Source: a virus. Taken from it: DNA of 64,000 nt. The position numbers were made by a program, and so were the translations under genes. Shown one piece after another: positions 55,872 through 64,000 of the stretch. Every line of letters starts with the position of its first letter. The stretch's first letter is position 1. Where the stretch lies: positions 64,001-128,000 of the IMG/VR virus record IMGVR_UViG_3300048838_001106; one strand, written 5' to 3'. The notes beneath the pieces were generated by a model, which was given only the letters and a program-made list of their open reading frames with translations, was not told where the DNA came from and made no database searches.

Positions 55872-56206
55872 TTCGTGTGATGCTCTGCTGAGACTGCTTT
55901 GAACATATTTCCATTAGGGGAACTGGCATGCTCCAGAGTCCCGTGATTTGTGGCAGATGACAAGGCACTTGCTATGGTGTGCAGATCCCAGCCCTTAGGC
56001 CATTTGGTCACACCACGAGGCAGCGCGTATCTGGAGTTAGGGTCAGCTGCTGCCATATCAACTCTTTCCGCGTCTATCTGACACAGCAACAAGAAGTCAC
56101 CAACAGTGTCGATGTGGACCCACGTCCTACATTGAGACAGGTGTGCTACCGCTGCCCAGGCTTTTTCTTCGTGGAGTTCCCCAATAAGTCTGAATTTTTT
56201 TCCCAT
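55817..56206 (-). CDS. Hypothetical protein
   Basis: 129 aa ORF coupled to next gene. Confidence 0.55.
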   Translation of the reverse strand: MGKKFRLIGELHEEKAWAAVAHLSQCRTWVHIDTVGDFLLLCQIDAERVDMAAADPNSRYALPRGVTKWPKGWDLHTIASALSSATNHGTLEHASSPNGNMFKAVSAEHHTKWSYTNTSVPQVPSKEIA

Positions 56207-56261
56207 ACCATCACACTCTGTTTTCTAGTCTGATGGCAGAATCTAACCTGCCTGGCGGACA

Positions 56262-58025
56262 TTAGCAAGGGTCGTTAGCAGGTCCATCTATGCCTAGCGC
56301 TCTTACAGACACATCACTTTCAGAATTGTTCTGTTCAATGTCTATTCCAGAGTCTCCAGTAAGAGCCGCTGTCGATGACACTCGATTTATGGACTCGATG
56401 ACAGAGAACCCACTGGAATCTGCAGGTCCTAGCAGCAGTTCGAGCGCGGCCCGAAACGATGACACGCCAGCCGCTGTCTCACTGCCGGCCACAAAAATCA
56501 ACGCAGCTACTGACTCATCGCCGCGATCAAACGGAGGTCTGTTCTCAACCGACTTGTTTAGCAAAAGGTCTCCTACAGTGCGCATCATGTATGGCACGCC
56601 TCCCTGACCTGCAAACACGGTAGCATAAGCACCTATGTCAGAGGTAAGAAGGCCTGCTAGCATTGACTCCAGGCTGCCAAGCAGATCCAACAGCTCGTCT
56701 AACTGGTCTCTGATGGCGCGTATGGCATTCTCAGTGCTTTCCAGCAGTGACGCTGCTTCATTTCTGTAGCCAGCGTACGTTGAAGACACGGCGTCTATCA
56801 CAGCTTGAATCTTGGCTATCAAATCCTGGACACCTGGCGCGAAAGACAGTGGATTGTTAATGGCAATCCAGTCGGGTACTCGACCCTCAACAAATTTTTT
56901 GTAGGGAGCTTGTTGGCGCAGATTCACGCGAACCTGATTGCTCAGAGTGGCGAATGTCGGCGGGAACACCGCCGTGTCGCTACCCATTGTAATTTCTACA
57001 CTGAAGCCGACACTGAAATAGTAGTCGTCTGATGGGTCAAATCCGTGCACGATGATGCTGTGCAGAGGCGTGGATGCGCTGACAGCACCCGCTATTGGGA
57101 TTCTAGCCACGCCACCGGGCACGTCTATGCGCTTCACTTCGCGAAGCGACAGGTCATCCGAATTTTTGATCCGCACAGACCTGCTCACAAAGATGTGTGT
57201 CGACACAATTCGATACGAAACAGGCCCAGATGCGGAGAAACTCAGATCAAACTTTACTACTGGAGTGGGGTCCCAAAACAGACGAACGGCGTATTCTCCT
57301 GGCGGAGAAGGCCGCTGCATTATCAGCGTGCGAACCGTGGCGCCTTGAGGCACTGGTATGCCTGCCAGACTAAGCACCTCCTCATCGCCGATCGAACGTG
57401 CTCTTGGTACTGCAATGGGTCTTGCCTTGACGTTTTGAGGCACGGGCATGCGATACTGGTCCATCGGGGTTGGAAACGACACACCAAAAAATCTTGACAG
57501 GTTCAGCACGTCTCTTAGAACAGACAGGTAGTTAGGAGCTCCTATCAGAAGGATGCCCCCGGCCACGTAGGCGTCATTTGAGAACATAGGTCTAGAGTAG
57601 TCCCCTGCGTCAAACAGCGACTCTACGAATTTTCTGTACAGACCATAGTTGCCCCCATCCCCAAGAAGGTCTGGCAGGCCTGTCTTGTCCAACAGCAGCC
57701 CGTAGGCTGCGTCCCCGAAACCGCGAGCTGGAATAACGGGTGCTGCAGACTTGCGCTCGAATGGCGGTATTGGCGGCACGACCAACACATGCCCCATAGC
57801 TGGCTGCAGGAAATCTTGTAGCGACGCAGATACCGCGTCGATCGCCGCCTGGATTGCTAGCGATTTCACGTCAAACTCGGTGCGAAATGTGCTCACTATC
57901 CGCATCAACGAGGTGCTTGTCGTAGACAGGTTCTCCAGCGTTCCCATCAGGTCTGTAAGTACCTTTAGGGTGCCGGACGCCTCTTCAAATATAGGTAGCT
58001 CGTATTGTGCCTTGTCCCATCTCAC
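56262..58025 (-). CDS. Putative baseplate protein
   Basis: 587 aa, directly downstream of spike gene in tail operon. Confidence 0.55.
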   Translation of the reverse strand: MRWDKAQYELPIFEEASGTLKVLTDLMGTLENLSTTSTSLMRIVSTFRTEFDVKSLAIQAAIDAVSASLQDFLQPAMGHVLVVPPIPPFERKSAAPVIPARGFGDAAYGLLLDKTGLPDLLGDGGNYGLYRKFVESLFDAGDYSRPMFSNDAYVAGGILLIGAPNYLSVLRDVLNLSRFFGVSFPTPMDQYRMPVPQNVKARPIAVPRARSIGDEEVLSLAGIPVPQGATVRTLIMQRPSPPGEYAVRLFWDPTPVVKFDLSFSASGPVSYRIVSTHIFVSRSVRIKNSDDLSLREVKRIDVPGGVARIPIAGAVSASTPLHSIIVHGFDPSDDYYFSVGFSVEITMGSDTAVFPPTFATLSNQVRVNLRQQAPYKKFVEGRVPDWIAINNPLSFAPGVQDLIAKIQAVIDAVSSTYAGYRNEAASLLESTENAIRAIRDQLDELLDLLGSLESMLAGLLTSDIGAYATVFAGQGGVPYMMRTVGDLLLNKSVENRPPFDRGDESVAALIFVAGSETAAGVSSFRAALELLLGPADSSGFSVIESINRVSSTAALTGDSGIDIEQNNSESDVSVRALGIDGPANDPC

Positions 58026-58026
58026 G

Positions 58027-59490
58027 TCAACCTCCGATCTTCACGAACGTAGACTTTGCCGCAGAAAGTGATCCTCGACTCAGAGCGTATGGCGGCAGAA
58101 ATGGTGGAGCAGTAGGTATGATTCCAAGACCTGGATGAAAATGAACGTGGGTGTCTATCATCGCTCCAAATATGTCCATGAATATACTAAGTGTTTCGAA
58201 CAGCACAGCACTGAATGGGCCAACACCGGACACCCCACCGAGTTTAACGTTGCCAGCTACTGTAGAGTTGAGTTCAATCTTCCCTAATACCGACGAGATA
58301 GCTATGTCTCCTGTCAGGGTATCTACCGTGAAACCACTATGACGCACTTGTGCGTCTACTCCAGGCTCCCCAATCTTAAAGGCGACATCTCCGTTTCCTA
58401 CGGTAAACAGCAATGCCGGGTCTGCTGATGTGACATCCCCGGTAGCTGTTACCAAGGTGTTTCTGAAAGATGACAGCAACAAGTCGTGCGCGGCCGCCAG
58501 ACCAATGTCGTTGCTAGATCGAACACGGTGACTACCACTCGTGTCGTGGTCAACATTTTTGCCTGTTATGACAGTGCGGCTGCCGCCTACCACGTCGGTC
58601 TTGTCTTGCTCTGTACTTTCGTATCTGCTGCCTCCAGTAGCGTCCCAGGAGTCTCCTTCCACGGCAGACGTCCTTTGAGCCATCTCAGTGTCTACACGGC
58701 CATCGGGGTCAACATGGATGCGATATAGGTTTCGGCCACTCCCATCCGTCACGCGGAAGTCCACGAGCTCACCATCGTCTCCAAGTTCGCACCTAATGCG
58801 AAAATTTTCCTGGTCTGGGTTGGACTCTACATCACAGTCTGCGCCCGCCCGCAGTATGATAGATGTTTTGCCGTCTGACGTTTTGAAGTCTAATGACCCT
58901 GCCCCTGTGTAGATGCTAAGATTCTGCCCAATAAGACGCAGCATGTTCTTAGCCTGGGTTGCTATTATCTGCGCAAGGTCGGCAGCTTTCATAACAACGC
59001 TTCCGCCTTCCAGGACACCTAGCACATTTCCTAGATCCCCCATTTTCAGCCAGTCGCCGCTGACCACGTCTTTTGGCTTGTCGCCGCGCAGGTCGTTGTC
59101 ACCTCTTCCAGTGTAAGCAGTGTCATTGCCACCCACTGCTGCTACAGGAGTAACCGCTATTGGAGCGCGACTCTTTGCCTGGTTTTTTTGTGAACCAGGC
59201 TGCGCGTCAGGAGTGATTGGCAACAACATAGGAGTGCCGAGCTCGTACATCACGGTGTATTTGTCCCCGCGCTTTGGTACCAAAATCTCCCCAGAGTTGT
59301 TCGGCCACGGCACACCTGCCAGGAATTTGCCCTTCTCTGTAAAGACGTCGCAGCAGTACGTGTCTGGGTACACCTCATGGATGTACGCCTTTTCCCATCG
59401 CTGACGTGAAGAAGCGAATGCCGCGCCTTTCATGGCTGCCAGAGCGGCATTCGAGGCAGGATTTGGATTTGGATTGTAAGGATTAAACAT
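58027..59490 (-). CDS. Baseplate hub/central spike (Gp5/VgrG-like)
   Basis: N-terminal OB-fold-like VP..GD, beta-helix repeats, C-terminal THVH metal-binding tip. Confidence 0.7.
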   Translation of the reverse strand: MFNPYNPNPNPASNAALAAMKGAAFASSRQRWEKAYIHEVYPDTYCCDVFTEKGKFLAGVPWPNNSGEILVPKRGDKYTVMYELGTPMLLPITPDAQPGSQKNQAKSRAPIAVTPVAAVGGNDTAYTGRGDNDLRGDKPKDVVSGDWLKMGDLGNVLGVLEGGSVVMKAADLAQIIATQAKNMLRLIGQNLSIYTGAGSLDFKTSDGKTSIILRAGADCDVESNPDQENFRIRCELGDDGELVDFRVTDGSGRNLYRIHVDPDGRVDTEMAQRTSAVEGDSWDATGGSRYESTEQDKTDVVGGSRTVITGKNVDHDTSGSHRVRSSNDIGLAAAHDLLLSSFRNTLVTATGDVTSADPALLFTVGNGDVAFKIGEPGVDAQVRHSGFTVDTLTGDIAISSVLGKIELNSTVAGNVKLGGVSGVGPFSAVLFETLSIFMDIFGAMIDTHVHFHPGLGIIPTAPPFLPPYALSRGSLSAAKSTFVKIGG

Positions 59491-59548
59491 ACGCGCCTCC
59501 TGAGGCTGATTTCCGCACAATAGCGCGAAAAGCCGCCGAGGGCTACGC

Positions 59549-60310
59549 TTACTTCGTCTTCAGTAGGTCCAGATCCAGCTGGATGTTACTGTTCGGCACG
59601 CCACCGGCTTCCATTGCGGCAGCCATCACAGACGAGTCGTTGTGAGCAACAGTGGTCTTGAGCTCTGCGCCGAATATTGGCTTGAGACGGTCAGCCATAC
59701 CAGACACGTTTTCCATGATCATGTTCTGTCCTGCGCCAAACGACGTATTCCACGAGTTCAGCATGCACAGTTCGATGTAGAACGCGCCGACGGTATCTTG
59801 CGCCACGCTGCGGAAAATGACTGCTAGACCAAACGGGATATAGAACAATTCTGAGTCAAGGTTCAGCCACGCTTTTTCGTCGTTGGTTCCGCCATACGAG
59901 GCCGGGGAATCTCCGAACTTGGAAAAGTCGATATTGGCCTGCTTTGCGTTGGTGTACAGAACACGAAGCAGGTTTCGACCGTTAACCCACAGACGCCCGA
60001 TGTTGAAGCTAACCTGCCCCTTGCCTGTCAGGAAGAAAGTTCTTCCCGAACCAACAGCCTGCATGGGCTGCAGTGGCTTTGAGCAGGACACACCCATCTG
60101 CGCTACCATACCCACAGGGAGCATCACATCAGCGAACGACGATCCTGCCGCGTTACCCGTCGGCAGGCGGGCTGGCCCAGCAAGCACCATCGTGTTGTTT
60201 GGGTGTGCGGCAGTGAACGAGGCATCGTCCATGAGACGCTCAACGTATTGCTCTTGAAAACTCCACGAGCTGATGTCTCGCGCAGTGGTTACGGGTCTGT
60301 TGTTTGCCAT
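59549..60310 (-). CDS. Tail tube protein
   Basis: Beta-rich 253 aa (Q.....VGS...F..G; Y.E.C; ENVS) downstream of sheath. Confidence 0.65.
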   Translation of the reverse strand: MANNRPVTTARDISSWSFQEQYVERLMDDASFTAAHPNNTMVLAGPARLPTGNAAGSSFADVMLPVGMVAQMGVSCSKPLQPMQAVGSGRTFFLTGKGQVSFNIGRLWVNGRNLLRVLYTNAKQANIDFSKFGDSPASYGGTNDEKAWLNLDSELFYIPFGLAVIFRSVAQDTVGAFYIELCMLNSWNTSFGAGQNMIMENVSGMADRLKPIFGAELKTTVAHNDSSVMAAAMEAGGVPNSNIQLDLDLLKTK

Positions 60311-60351
60311 GTTATGTCCTCGCAGATGCGTGTATTCTTATCAGTTTCGTG

Positions 60352-61197
60352 TCAACCCTGCGCGTAGTCAAACCCTGCGCGTGCTCCCAGCCCGCCGCCT
60401 GCTATTCCACCTGCAGCGCTTCCGATGATTGAGCCGAGTCCTGAGCCTGTAGCGGCACCCAGTCCTGTGTTGGCGTAGTTCTTTCCGAACAAGCGTTCTT
60501 TTAGCGTAGGGTCTCGCATCAGATCGTAAGCCAGCCCAGCTCCGCCGCCGGCAAGACCTCCGAGGCCACCTCCAAGCACACCTCCCGCGAGGCCGCCTCC
60601 AAGCGCACCTCCAAAGCCACCTGCCCCTGCAGCTACTCCTGCCAGCACACGGTTTCCAGGGTCTGCCAGCGCTGCGCCGCCTCCTGCAGCCAGCAGCGGG
60701 CTCAGGCCGCCCGCGATGCCGACGATGTTTCTGTCTTCCATTGCAAGCTTTTCGAGAAATGGGCGCCGAACCGACGCCTGTTTCTTTCCTGCATAGGCGC
60801 CCTGCGCCATGTTATGTCCTGCACTTCCTCCCATGTATCCGCCAGCGACAGATCCCAGCGCTGCACCACCCATGGCCCCAAGACCTGCACCAGCAGCTGC
60901 GGCACTATAGTCCTTTTCCCCGTCCCACCACTCATCCCACGTGGGGTCACGAAGAGCATCATAGGCCAGGCCGATGCCGCCGCCTAACAAGCCGCCTCCA
61001 ACACCGCCAATGGCTGCGCCGCCGTACTGCCCTGCACCAGCCATGGCGCCAGAGGTTAGGCCAGATCCAACGCGGGTTCCGGACGGTGCCAACATTGCTG
61101 ACATAGGTGCGGCGCCCCACGGCCCAAGAGCGCCGCCTGCGAGGCCTACCAGTGTACTATCTTCAATAGCAATTTTTTCAAGAAATGGACGACGCAT
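60352..61197 (-). CDS. Glycine-zipper protein made of two tandem RRPFLEKxA-led units
   Basis: MRRPFLEKIA...GLAYDALRDPT and VRRPFLEKLA...GLAYDLMRDPT. Confidence 0.75.
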   Translation of the reverse strand: MRRPFLEKIAIEDSTLVGLAGGALGPWGAAPMSAMLAPSGTRVGSGLTSGAMAGAGQYGGAAIGGVGGGLLGGGIGLAYDALRDPTWDEWWDGEKDYSAAAAGAGLGAMGGAALGSVAGGYMGGSAGHNMAQGAYAGKKQASVRRPFLEKLAMEDRNIVGIAGGLSPLLAAGGGAALADPGNRVLAGVAAGAGGFGGALGGGLAGGVLGGGLGGLAGGGAGLAYDLMRDPTLKERLFGKNYANTGLGAATGSGLGSIIGSAAGGIAGGGLGARAGFDYAQG

Positions 61198-61209
61198 GTT
61201 TCGTTTCCT

Positions 61210-63825
61210 TTAAGCTACAAGGCGCATTGTTACGCGATTAAGTGGAGCAGGAAGAGTGAGGTCCATCATCACCTCTACATGGTCTCTCTGCCCTTCCAAT
61301 ACTTTTATGCTGGCCACACGACCTGCGATCAGCGGTGCGCCGATGCGCGGCATATCCATGCGTTGCAACTGACGAGACCCTCCGTCCAGCGCTTCTTTCA
61401 TCAACCCGATTGTCGAGTCAGTCACGTTGTATCGGCCGATGAAATCGTCAACAATGTCTTTGTAGAAGCGGCTGACATAGTCAAAGTTTTTGACCATGCT
61501 GAATTCGCCCGACTCTAGCGTTGAAACGTCAGTGGTGAGCTGGTGCACACAGTATGGCAGTGTGTTTGGCGTGTTCTGTGCGAACAGATAAATTCCAGAG
61601 TTGGACAGCGTTGTCAGCTGCGCCTCACTGAAGTAGCGAGAGGAGTGTCTGATCTCCGAAATGCCAGCAATGCCAAGATTCGTAAAGCCTTGTTGTGGCG
61701 GCAAGCCCGCTGTCATCGCGCCGACAACAACAGCCATGTAGTAGCCGGGCAGGAAAGACTGCGTGCCGGTAGCGTTGTTCTGCACGCCAGACACCTTTAC
61801 CTGGTCAGGCCACACAGCCAGTACTCTGCTCGAGCTGATAGACTCAGCGATGCTAATGAGCTCAGACACCTGTCCTGGCTTGTCAAGCGTTCGAATAACG
61901 CGATAAGAGATGCCATCCTCGGACCCATAGTCGTCCTGCACAACGTCAGCGCCTACAGCCAGACGCACCTGGTTGTTCGACAACACCGCTGCGATAGGAT
62001 ACGTGAAAGTAAGAGTGGAGTAGTCATCTGCGGTCAGGACTGTAGGAGCAAGAGTCACTTCCAGCAGGTCACCTACAACCACACCGGAGTCCAGGAACGT
62101 ACCAACCGAGTCTATCACGATGTGTCGTGTGCCGGTGATAAGCAGAGTTCCCCCTACGTCGTACAGTACAGGCTCCTTGAATTTCGCCGACACAGTGTCA
62201 TTAGCGGCCCAGATAACAGGCTCTGAGAGGGTGTACTCCATGAAACCCACGCCACCAGCGCTGATAGACTCCACAAAGAACAGGTTGTCTCCACGGCTGC
62301 TAAGCCCGTCGTTGGCTACGTCAGCAAAGGTCAATTCTATTATTTTGAACTCGTGTGCAGGGTCGTAATCAGCGTCAGGAACTGTCACAACGCCAGGAGC
62401 AACTATAGCCACTGTAGCTGCAGCTATTTCTATTGCGCCGAAGCTTGTCGAGGGCCGGTCGATCCACCAAGTGTTCCCGCCAGCACCGAACCACGTCTCA
62501 CCGGTACCAATTGGTGCGGCAGTAGCAAGCCCTGTTAGTCCGTCCGTGGGACCAGTAAGCAACAGATACTCCGGCACGTTAACGTCCGCACCGTACTGCA
62601 CGAACACATCCCCGGCCAACACTGTTGACGTGTTTACGCCTACGTCTACAACGTAGTTGCTCAATGTTGCATCGTGCGTCGGCTCAGCGGTAGAGGCGTT
62701 AACGATGGTTTTTGTCACAGGCAACTGCCCAAGGTTTCCAATAAGTGATTTGTACTGCGACACTTCTGGAATGGCTGAGCCCTCAACAACAGTCTTCAGG
62801 GCTGCGATTACGGACAGGTCTTCTGTAAGAGGAACTAGAGCGTAGATGTCTTTGTAAGACTCTGTCTCTGCAGCCATCGCCTGGTATGCTTGCAGCCTGT
62901 CCAGGTCGCCATTCAGGTTGTCTCCGGTTATGCCGAAGTAGCTTATAGAACTGGTCGTGTTTTGCAGAGCAAGGTGTAGTGCCACAGCCAGAGGATTCCG
63001 TTCGTCAATTTTCCCGACGCTGGACTCGATTAGTCGCGCGTCACTTATCTCGCCTACAAGAGCCAGGTCCTGGCGCAGAGACTTGTACGCGAAATACATT
63101 TCGCCATACATGACTGTGGCAGCGGTGGTGGTACCAGGAAGCGTGACTGTGTGGTTGCCAAGGACTGTAATCTGGTTGCCAGACACAACAATGTTGTCAG
63201 GACTGGTAGTTTCGACATGCGTCAGTCGCCGCTCGACTCGGTATTTTAGCCCAGTGAACGACGCGCCTACATAAGGCACACCGTGAGCGTCCAGTCCGTC
63301 CTCGGCATACGCTGTAGACACAACGATATTTGTAGTGTCCACAGAGACTACAACACGCGTCACGACAGTTCCTGCATCGTCGGTGACCAGGATGTCTCCA
63401 GGCAACACGCCCGCCGCTTCAAAGTCAGTTGCGCTAGAAAACGTGTGCTCCATGTTAATCGTGTTGTCATAAGCGCCGCCTTCACCAGCACTTCCTGGCA
63501 CTAGAACGTAAGCCTCACTGAAGAACAACTTGACGGAGGATGCGTCCAACACAGCGCCCAAAACGTTGCCAGGAGCGTCGGACAAGACACTTGCAGTGGC
63601 ACCTTCGACATACGGGTACACAGAGGCTTCGCCGCCTATGATGGCTGCCTGCACGTTAAACTTCGTGCCATACTCGCCCCCTGAGGCTGCTGCAGCGTCA
63701 CCAGGAGAGTCCATAAAGTGGTACGCGGGGCCAGCAATCAGAGTAACCAGGTCCGGCGTAGCAGCGGTGAAGTTCTGCTGTGCAAATTCTTGATATACGA
63801 GTACGAGCGGTCGTTGTGCAGCCAT
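61210..63825 (-). CDS. Tail sheath protein
   Basis: N-terminal RP.V.V.QE; C-terminal PQQGFTN, HQLTTD...E.S.VKNFDY, P.P.N; 871 aa. Confidence 0.85.
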   Translation of the reverse strand: MAAQRPLVLVYQEFAQQNFTAATPDLVTLIAGPAYHFMDSPGDAAAASGGEYGTKFNVQAAIIGGEASVYPYVEGATASVLSDAPGNVLGAVLDASSVKLFFSEAYVLVPGSAGEGGAYDNTINMEHTFSSATDFEAAGVLPGDILVTDDAGTVVTRVVVSVDTTNIVVSTAYAEDGLDAHGVPYVGASFTGLKYRVERRLTHVETTSPDNIVVSGNQITVLGNHTVTLPGTTTAATVMYGEMYFAYKSLRQDLALVGEISDARLIESSVGKIDERNPLAVALHLALQNTTSSISYFGITGDNLNGDLDRLQAYQAMAAETESYKDIYALVPLTEDLSVIAALKTVVEGSAIPEVSQYKSLIGNLGQLPVTKTIVNASTAEPTHDATLSNYVVDVGVNTSTVLAGDVFVQYGADVNVPEYLLLTGPTDGLTGLATAAPIGTGETWFGAGGNTWWIDRPSTSFGAIEIAAATVAIVAPGVVTVPDADYDPAHEFKIIELTFADVANDGLSSRGDNLFFVESISAGGVGFMEYTLSEPVIWAANDTVSAKFKEPVLYDVGGTLLITGTRHIVIDSVGTFLDSGVVVGDLLEVTLAPTVLTADDYSTLTFTYPIAAVLSNNQVRLAVGADVVQDDYGSEDGISYRVIRTLDKPGQVSELISIAESISSSRVLAVWPDQVKVSGVQNNATGTQSFLPGYYMAVVVGAMTAGLPPQQGFTNLGIAGISEIRHSSRYFSEAQLTTLSNSGIYLFAQNTPNTLPYCVHQLTTDVSTLESGEFSMVKNFDYVSRFYKDIVDDFIGRYNVTDSTIGLMKEALDGGSRQLQRMDMPRIGAPLIAGRVASIKVLEGQRDHVEVMMDLTLPAPLNRVTMRLVA

Positions 63826-64000
63826 TGTTTACTCTCCAGTGCGGTTCATGCGCGTTATCATGGACCAATCAGGTTAAATGTTCAAGCTCCAACTGCGCAG
63901 CCTCGACACGGATCGCCTGTGCTAGGGCCAAGATGCGTAAGCCAGATTTTCTCTATTGTTCCAGGCGGTTGTATAATTGTCCGCGCCCAGGGAATAAGAT

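Noticed and set aside
63830-64000. Partial gene upstream of the sheath at the window edge
   Set aside because: Too short to choose the reading frame with confidence

Overview
The window is a 64 kb piece of a large (probably jumbo) myovirus-type bacteriophage genome. From 1 to about 31.6 kb it carries densely packed, mostly hypothetical + strand genes of early/middle type. These include an oligoribonuclease fragment, two runs of diverged paralogs, a dATP/dGTP diphosphohydrolase, a metallophosphoesterase, a tRNA(CAT), a CoaB/class II aldolase fusion, a MazG-like protein and a P-loop kinase. A 1.7 kb non-coding island at 11.5-13.2 kb holds a perfect 99 bp inverted repeat plus extra repeat copies and is a candidate replication origin. 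At 31.7-37.7 kb, seven otherwise unrelated proteins share a short motif, YxxG[YFM]xx[VIL][LMV]KxA(GLxKTA). Their cargo regions look kinase-like, ADP-ribosyltransferase-like, HExxE-type or glycine-zipper. This is the best candidate for an undescribed system: virion-targeted or processed effectors. The 37.8-45.8 kb region has RlpA-like, XRE, CsrA-like, Dda-like helicase and lysis genes. The 46-64 kb region is a - strand structural block with tail fibres, baseplate, spike, tube and sheath, interrupted by a small + strand island with HU. All calls come from motif recognition by eye; no database searches were run.
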